From Macrostomum lignano (Eukaryota), in the NCBI GenBank assembly GCA_002269645.1, contig NIVC01000085.1, forward strand, positions 744,001 to 808,000: a stretch of 64,000 nucleotides of DNA. The letters are read 5' to 3'. Shown here piece after piece: positions 1-11,919 of this stretch (within the stretch, counting starts at the first letter, position 1; each line of letters begins with the position of its first letter). The notes beneath the pieces were generated by a model. It made no database searches and was not told where the DNA came from. It saw only the letters and a list, made by a program, of their open reading frames with translations. Both the position numbers and the translations under genes were made by a program.

Positions 1-2
1 CT

Positions 3-406
3 TTTCATAGCGCGAATTTGATGGTGAAGAATGTTTGCAATGCGTATTTGAAGTCCGGTGGTCGAGTGCAGCATTACGAAGCCATTGAGTCGGACGACCT
101 TGTCAAGCTTGCTTCTTACTTCGACAGAAGCAATCCAACACGTTTGCAAGAAGAGGTATATTTCAATGTGTTATTTTATTTCGGCAATCGCGGCAGAGAA
201 TGGCTACGAGGTCTCACTGTTCGTTCATTCCGAGAGAAGGCCCTATCAAACGGAGCTATGGCGATCGAGTTGCAAGGCAGCACCTCAAAGAATGTAAAAG
301 GCTCGAGTGACATGCGACTCTGCGACGACAATAAACAGGCCTTGATGGTGGCCAAGCCGGAGACAAGGCACTGTCCAGTTCAGGCCTTCCAGCTTTATTT
401 GTCCAG
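3..406 (+). mobile_element. Crypton/DUF3504-like tyrosine recombinase fragment (N-terminal part of catalytic domain), 3'-truncated and fused in frame to an ankyrin exon
   Basis: The frame is open from the window edge. It contains HYEAIESDDLVKLASYF, LQEEVYFNVLFYFGNRGREWLR (R-G-x-E, first catalytic Arg), STSKN and HCPVQAFQLYLS, which match my recollection of the CryptonA/DUF3504 family. The HxxR and catalytic Tyr region is absent after 406. Confidence 0.7.
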
Positions 407-3355
407 CTGGAAATGCACGAAGCACCTGCTGCATCTGCTGAGGCAGCTCAGGTTTAACGAGTGCTCAACGTACGGAAACTCGAAGAGGTCGCGGCTACTC
501 GGACTGAAGGACCACCGCGGTCGGACAGCATCGGACCTGGCCAGACTCAACGACCATTCAGAACTGGCCAACTACATTGAGCTGTACGTGAGCATTTGTA
601 GTTAGAGTATTTGCTTTCTGCAAATTAAACATTCTCATCAGTCAAATTTTTTATTTCGTACAATACTTACTTCGGGGAACTCTGTGTGTACATCTACGGC
701 TCGTATTAGTTAAGTTGTTAAAAATATGTTCTTCTTCTAATTAACGTAATTGTATAGTAGGCCAATTTTTTATATTCGCTGTCACAGAGAAATGCGGCTG
801 GTTTTCCATTACAATGGCTCCATCACTGGTCTGGATTTTGTGGTGAGTGAGTCATCTGTGTGCCCATGTGTTTACGGTGTAAAATGGTGCCAAAAAATGT
901 ATTTGTCTTTCAGGAAAGCTGGCTAAAGGATATGAAAAAGCTGATTGAGGATGAAAACTACTCAGCGTTGGTTCAGAAAGTGAACCGCATCAACTGTGAT
1001 TTGCCTAACAGCCAGGGCAACACATTCTTGCTGATGTTTATGCATGTAGCTCAGCCTCAGCAGCGCAGCAATCCAGATACTACGAATCTGAATCAAGAAA
1101 CATTTTTGAAGAAGCTTCTGCAGGTGTGTGATCCCACGTGTGCAAATACATACGGGATGAGTGCCTTGCATATTGCAGCCTACAAGGGCAATTCTGCGGC
1201 AGCCATCGCACTGCTGAACGCTGGAGCCACGGCTAATGTCTACATGTGCTTGGAATGGACTCCCCTTATGCAAGCAGCTTTTTGTACCCAGCAAGATGCC
1301 GCAGCATCAGTTTGCTGGATTCTGCTTTGCGCAGGTTCTAATTGGAGTCTGAAGAACCGGGAAGGCAAGACTGCGCTAGATTTAGCAACTGAGCAAGGAA
1401 GCCACAAGATGGCTGAGCTTCTGCGTAGGTGAGTTTCATGTTGTACCAATTTATTTTGTAACTATCGATAAATTATTAGATATATAATTTGTTTTAATTA
1501 GCTATTTGAAATTTTACTGTTTTCTTGATTTTTTAGAAATCATGATAAGGACTGGTGGACTGAATTACCGGACCAGACACGAAGAGGTCAAGTCAGTACT
1601 ACAGACAGTTTATTTACCGAAAGGTTTGTCCCGTAATGTTTATTTCCAATACCCGATTTGCAGGAATTGTAAAAATATACTGACATATCCCTCGATAATT
1701 ATCTCGAATATTTTTATGTGAGCTTTACATTATTTCTGAGAAATAATTGGACGATTATTAATAGACCGAAAAAAAGTATATCAGAATTTATTCCATGTCA
1801 TTTTTTTGCAATTTCAAAACACCAAGTCAATAAGTGAAAATGAAAATTCCCGGTCATAATTCAACATTAGGTCGTCCATTAATGGTATTTCAGGTTAATT
1901 AGTCTCTTGTCCCTAAATTTCAGCTTTCGTGAAAACGATGCCTGGACTACCAGACCACAGTATCAGACTGGGAGTGGTGAATCTGGTGCCAGCTACAGCT
2001 ACGAATATAGAAGTCCGCCTGCCGCCTACATGCGCCAAGCTTCTCAGTGCACCCCACAGTCGCTTCAAGCAGTTGATCAACATTCTGCTGTCGAGAGTGA
2101 TTGCAGCTCAAATTCGAGGTTTGTGCCTGAATATCTACAATTTCGAAAGCTTTTACAAAAAACACCGGGTTTGATATTCAAAATTTTTTACCGAAGTTAT
2201 TAAAATACCAAAGAATGATGCGATCATGGGCGGCGAGAGCTTGCGGCACCGGGGGCACGTGCCCCCCCCCCCCAGAAAATGCGTCCACATGGTAATTTTT
2301 AGTGCTTTTTCTGATTTTAGGTCCTAATTAGCAGCTTATAAAGGTACCTGTGCCCCCCTTGCTCTGTGCCCAGTGCCCCCTCTCAAATATTAGGCTCCGC
2401 CGCCCCTGGATGCAATTTATATTTTAAAATATTTAACAAGCCTGCACAAATTGTCGCACTGCTTTTTACAGGTTTTCTAAACTATCTACCTAAGCCCTTA
2501 ATTTCAACTGTATTGCAGTCGCAGCGATGAATGTTATCCGGTGACAAATCCCCAAGGATTCTGCGTTATCATTAACATCAGCAAGTTCGAATCCAGCAGC
2601 GAGGGGGAGCGTAAAGGCTCCCAATTTGACGTGGAACGAGTCAGTGAGCTCTTCAGCAAACTGGGATTCATCATTGACGTACGCGAGGATCTGACTGCAG
2701 ATGAGATCGAAAACTACTTAGATTGTGTAAGAATTTGGAAAGAACTGGAACGCCATGGCGCTTTTGTCTGCTTCCTTATGACTCACGGTCGCGAGGACTG
2801 CATCGTCGGTAGCGATGGAAAGCCCTGCAAGATTTTCGATCTCACGAGAAAGTTTCAGGTGATTTATTTGCACTTGATCCAAACACTCAAAAGAACTCAT
2901 TGCAACGCTGTACCATTTGCAAAAACCTGTTTCAGCCGAAATTGTGCAGCAGTCTGGCTGGCAAGCCAAAAATTTTCTTCATCCAGGCCTGCCGTGGCCT
3001 CGAAAAAGACGAATTGTTGGTGAAAAGAGAAACAATCGACAATGCAGGTGGTCGATTCGAAGGAACTTCGGTTGTCTATCCTTCTAACAGTGACTTTCTG
3101 ATTTTTTACGCCACCCCCCGCGGTCAGGTTGCGTTTAGAGATGAAAACACCGGCTCATACTTCATTCAAACAGTGTGCGAACTAATTGAAAAGTACTACC
3201 AGACAGAAGACTTGATGAGCATCATGGTTCGAGTTAACAAGCGCATGGCGAAGAAACCTTACAGGGATGGCGACCAGTATTTTCATGTGGTGGGTGAAAT
3301 TACTGGGCACCCAACTCGCAAGATCTCCCTCGATCCAAGCAGAGCATGCGATTAA
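404..3355 (+). CDS. Ankyrin-repeat caspase, copy 1 (caspase intact, 5' ankyrin exon truncated)
   Basis: Exons 404-587, 914-1428, 1537-1623, 1924-2118, 2519-2858 and 2936-3355 all have GT-AG boundaries with compatible phases (0,2,2,2,0) and no internal stop. ANK motifs: GMSALHIAA, EWTPLMQAA, GKTALDLA. Caspase motifs: GFCVIINI, ERKGSQFD, FLMTHG, KPKIFFIQACRG, SDFLIFYAT, AFRDENTGSYFIQ. AATAAA at 3354-3359. Confidence 0.88.
2225..2408. mobile_element. hAT-like MITE in caspase gene intron
   Basis: Imperfect TIRs CATGGGCGGCGAGAGC / reverse complement CAGGGGCGGCGGAGCC. 8-bp TSD GATGCGAT (2217-2224) / GATGCAAT (2409-2416). Confidence 0.75.
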
Positions 3356-4486
3356 TAAAGACGAAACTGCTCACCATAAACACGTAAACTATAACAATTG
3401 AGTGATGTCTCTGAGTTTCAGCTGATTATTGTTCTTTTTCCAGCTTTAACCAAAGAGTTTCTAAGGCATGCTAGCGTCTAACATCGTGTTTTACGGTAAC
3501 TATGACTATACGTATAACTAACTATCCATATACCTCTACGAGAATCGTAGCTGAAAAGCGGTGCCTATTTACTCCTAAAAAATTAACCCTTTTATTTAGC
3601 TACTGCAGCCAGTGACAGACTTATATATTATTAGTGGGCTTTTTACTATAGACCTTTCCCGCTGCTGCTAGAGAGGATGCGAGGGCAAATGATGCGGGGG
3701 TTTGAGCTTTGATGAGTTTCATCAAACACGTACCGGTCTAACTGTAGAGCAATACGATCTAGAGAGAGTCTAGAGGCTTTTGACAAGAGTGACAAAATCA
3801 AGAAATCAAGGACGTATCTTCTTCGAATTTAGCACATATTACGGTTAGAAAATATCTATCTCTCAGTTTGCTATTTTTGAGGGCAAACAAAGCCACATAT
3901 ACATATATTATCGCGGGCCGCACGCATAGATGCTCATTGACTTGAAAGCCTACTACTTAAAGCTATTTGGATCTCCAGCTAGCCCTCCTTTTTATTTGTT
4001 TACCCCTATTTTTGCTCTCGAAACGTCCCATTTCTGCATGCCTTTCAAAGTACCTACAATTTCAATTACTAGGAGCCTCGAGTTCCTGTCGTTCGGCTTA
4101 TCTTTATGACGTACTGTACGGATTGCTCAAGTTTTTTTCTGCGATTGTTTATTCAAATTGAAAATTATTTGTTTTTCTATTCTCCTACTAATTACGTACG
4201 CACGTACAAATTATATAGATTTGCTTCCACTCCAATGTCACGTATAGCAACTAATTGTTTCTAAGAAAGGCTTGTTTTTAAGACAGGCTACACTCTAGTT
4301 GAACTACGTATCTGGTAATGGCTATATTTTGTAGCAAGAAAAATAATACTGTCTGCCGCAAACAGAGTAAAATTTATTATCTACAATTCTCTAGTGCGAG
4401 TGAACTTCTCTTTTTAGAATTAGCATAACAGAAGTAGCAAGCCGCGGCTTTAAATGTTCTTAAAGGAGAAAGAATTATTCATAGAT

Positions 4487-4787
4487 CGGGGGTCGGCAAA
4501 CTTCGGCCCGTGAAACCTCTCTAGCCTGCGAAACCCTCGGGCCCTTCGAAATTCACAATAGCAGTCCGGCCCGCTCAAGGTTTGTGTCTCTTAAAAAAAA
4601 ACGGTGACAGGGACTTAGTAGAAATGTTATTGTTTTTACGCTCGTACTATATCATTTTTACTATCAGTAGACTACTACGTATGTGTATCATATTTTGTAT
4701 GAATTCTGTGTATATTCATTGCATCGGCTTTTATATTTCGACAAGTGATGAGTTTTTAACAAATAGATAATTTTGCCCAGCCCATCG
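4487..4787. mobile_element. Probable hAT-like MITE (GGGGTCGGCAAACT terminus)
   Basis: Left end CGGGGGTCGGCAAACTTCGGCCCG and degenerate inverted right end TTTTGCCCAGCCCATCG. The same left-end motif recurs at about 41935, 49094 and 57478. No clean TSD was found. Confidence 0.4.
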
Positions 4788-6090
4788 TAACTCTCAGCCA
4801 ATCACAATTCGCTGTATCATCTATCGTTTTGATCTATTATTTATTTAAATGATCGTTTTTCGTCGCTACTCAAAAGAAATAAATAAAACTTGACCAACTC
4901 AGCAAGCTAAATATATCGTTTCTAGGACTCTAGGACTTGCGTATTCTGTTGTGTTCGGTTTTTTTTCTGCCAAGGTACTAAAGGAATCATAAGGTACTAA
5001 AACTTCAGTGCATCTGTATGTATACCAAAATAGCCTAAATAGTCTTGTGGCTTTTAGTTTAAGCGTTTAAACCGCCACAAGACCAGTCATACACTCACAG
5101 GAAGTCCAAGGGAATGAAATTTTTAAAGGTAAAAATTATGCGGAAACCGCATAGATCTTATAGGGAATATAAGTTCTATGGAAAACCGATTGCACTCAAG
5201 GTTTTGCATCATTTAATAAACGTAGTGTGACGCACATTATATTTTTTATACATCAAGTTGTGATTTATACTTGCTATACGAGCTATCTGTGTATATACAT
5301 AGCTTATATTCAATATCCAACCAATATTTATTTAATTGCCACATGTAATTTCGATCAAGTGACAGGCAGAGACTAGTATTTTAACAAATATTTATATCTT
5401 ACGTTTGATAAAAATCAGCTAGTTCTGACTCCATGCGAATAACGGTTTATAATCTGCAGTTGTTCTCATACAGATAAATTTTTCTTGCTGAATCGAGTCC
5501 GGTATGCATGTATGCACGAAGCTGCCCGAACCGACGCCGAGGTTTGCTGCTGTGCGAGGCCTCAGCTGACTGCCAGTCAAGGACTACTTATATGCTAGTG
5601 GTCCTTGGTATGCATGTACGTATTTACTCGGCGAAGGTGGTAGGAATACAGTACTATAGTAGTAGTATATTCTGGTTATCTATGATAATATTGTCGTGAC
5701 GTTATACGGATATGTTTCCAGTAAAGTATAAAGTTAGCATAAAATATTGTTTACTAATGTAGCTTCTTCTGGAAACTTCTGCGCCCTCCCCCTAGCTATA
5801 CTACGAGCGTAAAAAAAGCATTCTAGAAATTTCTCTCGCACGTCCCCAAGGCTATAAATAGAAACACCCCGTACTAAAACCGAGACCTCTCTCTTACTCG
5901 CTCTCTCTTCTTCGCGTTCTAATTGCTTACTGCTACAAATACACACACTTCTCGCTGCCGAGCATTCTGTCGGCCTGAATTATCAACCATAACCCGAGAT
6001 CTCTGTTCGTGCTTTCACAAAGATACAACAAATATGTTATAAGTTTTGACTAAGTTGCATTTTATTAATAATTTAAAAAACAAATAATTG

Positions 6091-6365
6091 ATTACATGTA
6101 CACCTGACCTAATGGGCAGATGCGCAACCGACAGCTCAACAGCAGCTATTGCGCGGCGCATCTGAAGGCTGCGTACGGCTGTTCAGTCCAAGGACTGAAG
6201 GCGGTTTGCCGCACCCCAGCTAATGCTGGCACCCATTTTACGCTGTTTGAACTGAAGCAATGCAGAGTGCGTCTTGCTCAAGGACACAAATTGTTCCAGT
6301 GGAATTGAGAATCGAACCCTCGACCTTCAAGTCGTGAGTCCGACGCTCTCACCACTAGGCTACAA
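6091..6365 (-). mobile_element. tRNA-derived SINE with CORE-like central domain
   Basis: The minus strand reads TAGCCTAGTGG (A box) ... GGTTCGATTC (B box), then GTGTCCTTGAGCAAGACGCAC...CATTGCTTCAGTTC...AAAATGGGTGCCAG, resembling conserved SINE central domains. Its 3' end recurs as a fragment at about 23250-23305. Confidence 0.65.
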
Positions 6366-7265
6366 ACCTCTACGTTGCATACAGACTGATTGATCTGTGT
6401 CCAAGGCTGCCGCACGCCAAACGAGCACTAAAACAAATTGGATGTTTAAATATAATGGGTTGAATTTCTTGGAAAAATAACCCAATTAAACAAACTCACA
6501 TAAACGATCTATAAAAAGCCAAGAATATTTGAGAATACATCTACTAGCCTCTTTCTTTTATTTTCTTTATTGTTGTTCGCAGACCGAGTACAAGCTTTCC
6601 AGCTTCTTTTATCTGCTTTCCTCCAAAGTACTCCGAATGGCCCAATTCAGCTCTTTCTCACTCCACCGTTCTCATTGCTATTATTTTCTATTTCTACTGT
6701 TGAATAGAGTGTGCACACGCTTTTTCCCCTGTGCATCCCCGACTGCTCACACAACTATCCTATTGTTTGTTCTCTCTTCTCTGTAAACACCGTTGCAGGT
6801 AAAAACACTTACAACTGCAAAAAGTAGAAATTAAACATATTTTAAACTAGGCACAATGGAAATTAAACACATTTACAACGGCGGCTGTCATTAATTGCTT
6901 CTGACTTCATTATCCCTGGGAATTAAGTCTTGCGTATCCATAAAACGGTGGCTGGCTATTTAATTTCTGCATTCATACTCGTACTTCTGCCATGCATTGA
7001 AGCTTTCCTTCTGCAATCGCCTTTGAATCGCATGTAAATATTTGCTTATTTGACCTCGCCCTAAATTAAGTCAGCTCAGCGACCCAAAAAACTGTATATA
7101 CATATTGAATACAAAATTTCACATTAAGAAACCGACACTAAAGCGTGAATAGGATCTGTGAGAACTTGCTCTGTCACAAGCACTTCCAATTTAATCACTG
7201 AATACCAAATTCCGAGCCTGAAACAGTATTCAACAGATAAATCTTCACCAACCTTTGAACTTCAA

Positions 7266-7655
7266 AACACCCGACAGGTAGCTACTCTCATAATTTTCGA
7301 ACTTCTGAACACCCGACAGGTAGCTAATCTCATCAACTTTCGAATTTCTGAACACCCGACAGGTAGCTACTCTCATCAACTTCCGAATTTCTGAACACCC
7401 GACAGGTAGCTAATCTCATCAACTTTCGAATTTCTGAACACCCGACAGGTAAATGTAGCTACTCTCATAACTTTCGAACTTCTGAACACCCGACAGGTAG
7501 CTAATCTCATCAACTTTCGAATTTCTGAACACCCGACAGGTAGCTACTCTCATCAACTTTCGAATTTCTGAACACCCGACAGGTAGCTACTCTCATAACT
7601 TTCGAACTTCTGAACACCCGACAGGTAGCTACTCTCATCAATCTTCAAACTTCAA
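7266..7655. repeat. 43-bp minisatellite, about 9 units (CACCCGACAGGTAGCTACTCTCATCAACTTTCGAATTTCTGAA)
   Basis: Tandem units read directly from the sequence, with GCTACTCTC/GCTAATCTC variants. Confidence 0.95.
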
Positions 7656-8554
7656 ACACAGAGCATTATATTGCTTTTATAACTAACTGAAAAGTTAACG
7701 AACCCTTATGAAAACAAACACAGGCAAAGTTTGTCTGACGTTGTCGTGTCGTAGCAATAAGAATGACTCTTCTATTTAAGAGAGCTCTTAGCTGAGCAAA
7801 GAATACGAAACTTCAACTGATAGCCAAACCGACCTTTATGGTTGCAACAGGCGGTAAGCAACATGCCGCCTACAATACCAGTACAGCGCGATCAAACTTT
7901 AAGCTTTAGCATATAGATAGAAAGATGCAACGTGCATCTTTCAACAACACTAAGTACCGGTACATTGGTAATGAGTACACTAGATATTAAGTACGCAGAT
8001 ACGCAAGGCGAGTCAGAGAAATTAAGTAGGAAGGACAATAATTTTTGTAATCCTCGAAAAAAACCTCAGTACGATGAGGTAAGTAGCAAGTTCTTATATT
8101 GACGGGATTTATTTGCGGGACCACTGAAATAATCTAAGGATCAAGTAAAGAAAGTTTTTTATAGCTTGTTATCGAGATTCAAGTTGCCAACGACCATGGC
8201 GGACGATTCAGCTACAGAGAGAGTTAAAGATAGGAAAGTCAGGGCTATTACGACATGAGATTCCGGTATACGAGCGTACGCCTTATTCACGCCAAAGTGT
8301 GTCTAAGTAAACGTGTGCTGTAACTGTGTGCTCAGTTTCACACGCTTTACAAAAATAATTTGGAGTGATAAACCGCCAGAAATAACTCAAACTCTGAAGG
8401 AGCAGTTAAAATAGTTGAATTGATGAACTCTGAATTAGTTGCTATTAGTTAAAATAGCAACTAATAGAAACCACTGACCACTACTTCCAGAGATTGTGAA
8501 GTTTTAATAACACTAGTAAAGTTTCGATCTAGTAAAAGTCCAACTTAAAGAATT

Positions 8555-8880
8555 TTCGACCTAATGAATTTTTGATCAATGAATTTTCGTCATAATGAAA
8601 TTTCCACCTGATGACTTTTCGACCTACGAATATAGTCTCCACAATAATGCGGGTTCGACATAATGAAGTTTCGAAATAATGAAGTTCCGACATAATGAAG
8701 TTTCGGTGTAATGAAGTTTCGGCATAATGAAGTTTCGACATAATATAGTTTCGACATAATGAAGTTTCGACATAATATAGTTTCGACATAATGAAGCTTC
8801 GACACATTGAAGTTTAAACCAAGTGAAAATGTGACCTAATGAAATTTAAACCTAATGAAGTTCCGACAAAATGAAATTCA
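8555..8880. repeat. Degenerate 16-bp tandem repeat (CATAATGAAGTTTCGA)
   Basis: The core of near-perfect units is at about 8655-8815, with degenerate flanks. It may be the subterminal repeat array of a TIR element. Confidence 0.85.
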
Positions 8881-9257
8881 GACAATTTAATTCAGACGAT
8901 AATTTAAACTACCAAGTCAAACATTTACTTATAAAACAACAACTTTGACACACGGTGCTGCAACTGATGCAGCTGTGGAATAGGAGCCTGAAAATTTGCC
9001 TCGCGACTTTCAGCTGACAAAGATTTACCGTATCGACTTTAAAATACTTTCCAACAAATGCTTCTGTGGAAGGATCTGAAGAACAATGATAAACACGAAG
9101 AATAATCAAGGTTAGTTATGCCAGGGAAAGTTTTTTATGTTTTAATTTATATTTGCTCAGGACTGTGTGGATTGCGTTTGAAACCAGAGCATTACAGTTT
9201 GTTTGAGTCCATGCTCAGCTAACCAACTGAGACAGTCGGCCACCGCACCGCTCGAGC

Positions 9258-9912
9258 TCAGCCACGCACGAACAGAGTCCACTCGGGCCCGCTCAGGTAG
9301 CCAGGCGGGTACACGAACTCCAGCAGGTGGCAGGCGAGCTCCTGTCGGGAGAAAACGGCGGCCCGGCAGTCGGCTCTGGCGCTGCACTTGGCCGTGCACT
9401 GAATTGCCGACTTAGCAACAACCGGCCAAACAGAAGAGATATTAAATGTCACGGGAGGGCTTGACTGCTTCACTCTCCAGTAGGTGTTCAGCGAGTCCTG
9501 GGTACCCGGGTAGCTCAGGTAGAACACAGAGTTGCGGAATGAAGCTCCACACTTCTGCAGTTTGTTGCCGGGGCAAGCCATACCACAGTTGCCATCGCTC
9601 ACCAAGCCATGGGATCCGTACGAGTTGCCGCAGTAGCACTCCCTGCCGTACTGCACCCCGAAATAGAGGAAGCTGCCTATTGAGCAGATGCCGCTGCACA
9701 GCTCGTGTGACATCTCTGCTTCTGACTTTCCCGTAACCATCGACTGTAAACCCGCCGATCTTGCTAACATCACTGAGCCCGTTCAGGTCTCTCGGGGACA
9801 AATCATTTTTGTAGCAGCCCAGGTATGCAAAGCGGACAAACCTACAGGTGACGCAAGTGAGCAGGAGGGCAGCGCAGAACAGAACGGTCAGAGCCGCTGC
9901 CGGGCGGAACAT
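9258..9912 (-). pseudogene. Secreted WSC + PAN/apple-like gene, copy A (1-bp frameshift near 9716; intron collapsed)
   Basis: Signal peptide MFRPAAALTVLFCAALLLTC, WSC motifs YLGCYK..RDL and ECYCGNSY..C..C.GN..QKCG, and PAN-like CTAKCSARADCRAAVFS...CHLL. The reading frame shifts between the ORFs at 9442-9924 and 9258-9773, which may be an assembly error. Confidence 0.8.
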
Positions 9913-10004
9913 TTCGCTGCTCAAGAAAGAGGCTTGGAGCAGCTTTGGTCCTTGAAACTGTAGCGTTGGCAGTTTTGCTTCTTCATCTCTTCAGCGGAAG
10001 CAGA

Positions 10005-10040
10005 TTTATAAGACTTTGATGGCATCGCTCTTTTACCAAT
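10005..10040 (-). promoter_or_regulatory. TATA box plus reverse CCAAT box upstream of WSC copy A
   Basis: TATAAA on the minus strand at 10005-10010 and CCAAT at 10036-10040. An equivalent arrangement is at 33546-33590 (copy C), a TATA at 20151-20156 (copy B) and a CCAAT at 54882-54886 (copy J). Confidence 0.55.
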
Positions 10041-11331
10041 CAGCAATGTTTCTGAAAACCCGATTCAGCGAGATGCTTTGAATGCCTGCTCAGGTATTTA
10101 AGTACCCCTGAGGCTTGTCAATCATTCCCTCTGGATCTGTGTTTGGCTCCATTCCCTCTGGAATAAGCTGCTGTCATGCAACAAAATCTGATCTAGCTTG
10201 ATAGATACGCCCCGGGCATGTGCTTGCTAGGACTGACTGCCGTTTTTTATCACCATAAAAGACTGACAAGCATGGATATATCTACAATAGGCTTTCCATT
10301 ATGCAAGGCAAAAGCAGCATTTTTGTGAATTTTTAGAGCGTCAAACTTCTCCCTTTTTATCCTTGAGGAGTGGCATTACAGGATTATTAACAGGCCGCAA
10401 CTTTGTCGCTATTGGCAATTGCTGCCGTGCATGCAGTAGAATTTTAGCATCCCATGATAGCCAGCTCGATAAATTTGTGATACACTTACTTTATTCTGAA
10501 TTCAGAAATCCAGAAGCAAACATATTTTTAGTACAGTGCTACAAAACTGGAAGGAAACTTCGTGTCTTTTGAGGGTCGTATATTTGACTAAAATTGTACA
10601 TGGCTTACCTTCTTACATGCGGAATTCTGTGGCACAATCCATGCATATCATGGCCCCGTTAACTTTGGCGAGAGTAAAGCTTGATTCTGAGCAGAAGGCA
10701 AAGGTATAATTGAAGTTTGGTACACTACAAGGCGTCCTACCTACGACCTAATACTTGTACTTTGCTTTTTGGACTCGTGATTGTCTCATCACCTTAACTT
10801 TGCGCCCGTGACGGTGAGTTTTGCTTAGCTGTACAGATGACCGGCTACAGATGTCTGTACTCTGGCATATCACCGACAGGTTTAAGGCTCGCTTCATCTT
10901 GAAGCCACGGTGACGACAGAGGCGAGACTGACCGAATCCCGGTGCTTGTCCCAGAGACTCTTGAATCGCAGTTGTCATAGTCAATTGACTCGATTCGTGC
11001 TTGGACTTTATTATTCAAATTTTAAGAAGCTTCATTCTTTCCGTTTTATTTTGATGATGAGCCTATTTGTAATTACCTTCCAGTGCATCTTCGGGATTTT
11101 CTGGTCTTACTAGCAATAAACCTCCACATTTTCCCATGTCCGAAATGCAAGAATGATGTTGCGTATTGGAAATGAAGTCTATTTCTATGTTCTAGGGTAC
11201 TTTGCAAAGCAGACAGTAAGATAAAACGGGACGAAACTTTTTAGATACCAAGTTTATATACAGTTAAGAGTACGATCAGTTTTTTGCAATGAACATCTTT
11301 AAAACGGAGCAAAATAATAATTTAAATGTAT

Positions 11332-11871
11332 TTACTGCAAATTAAATGCAAAATAATGATTTAAATGTAAGAAGCACTTAATTGAAGAGCAGCAAAGCAG
11401 AAAATACTGTTGTTTTTTTAAACGGGGATTTTGAAAAGATTGGCTTTTTTGCACAGAGCTGAATGGGGCTTCGACATGGAGAAATTTGCTCGATAAAAAT
11501 CTGCCTAGAAAATGTACTATAGAGACAGAAACAGCTGAAATTTTGTTGTAACTTTGTTTAATTACCGATCTGTGATGGCCTTTCGTGAACAATAGCTTGA
11601 TAAAATTGCGAATGCACCTCGAATGAAGAACATACTTTCGTAAGGGAAGGGACCTGAGAAAAGACTCAAACGTTGAGCAGACCGGATTGCTTAATGTTTT
11701 CAAAGTACCCGAGGCCAGATAGAGAGGCTTCATTGGCCGCATGTGGCCATAGTTTGCCGACCTATCAACTAATACGCTGGTGGAACGTCTCAAGCGGCAT
11801 GTCGGGACCCCTTGTTTCTCAGATGAATTTAATCCCGTACAGAAAAAAACAGAAGTCACTGCAAGAGACAA
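11332..11871 (-). other. Degenerate ORF, possibly transposon-derived (Penelope post-RT region or tyrosine-recombinase box II-like)
   Basis: The 179-aa open frame contains CSTFESFL...LLFTKGHHRSVIK and KYVLHSRCIR. These weakly resemble two different TE families and cannot be assigned without an HMM search. Confidence 0.25.
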
Positions 11872-11919
11872 AACGTATATTTTTTAGCGATTGTGTTTTT
11901 TAAACAGATCAATGTAACT

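Noticed and set aside
962-1449. Antisense ORFs over ankyrin, caspase, WSC and CTLD exons (also 14190-14565, 14975-15462, 9446-9963 and similar)
   Set aside because: They are shadow frames of GC-richer true exons with no recognisable domains.
6300-6365. Functional tRNA gene
   Set aside because: A and B boxes are present, but there is no paired acceptor stem and the sequence continues into a SINE-like body.
7740-8520. Possible solo LTR (segment absent from the paralog at about 24315)
   Set aside because: No convincing TG...CA termini with a TSD could be identified by eye.
8529-8807. ORFs with repeating MSKLHY / CRNFI motifs
   Set aside because: They are translations of the 16-bp tandem repeat.
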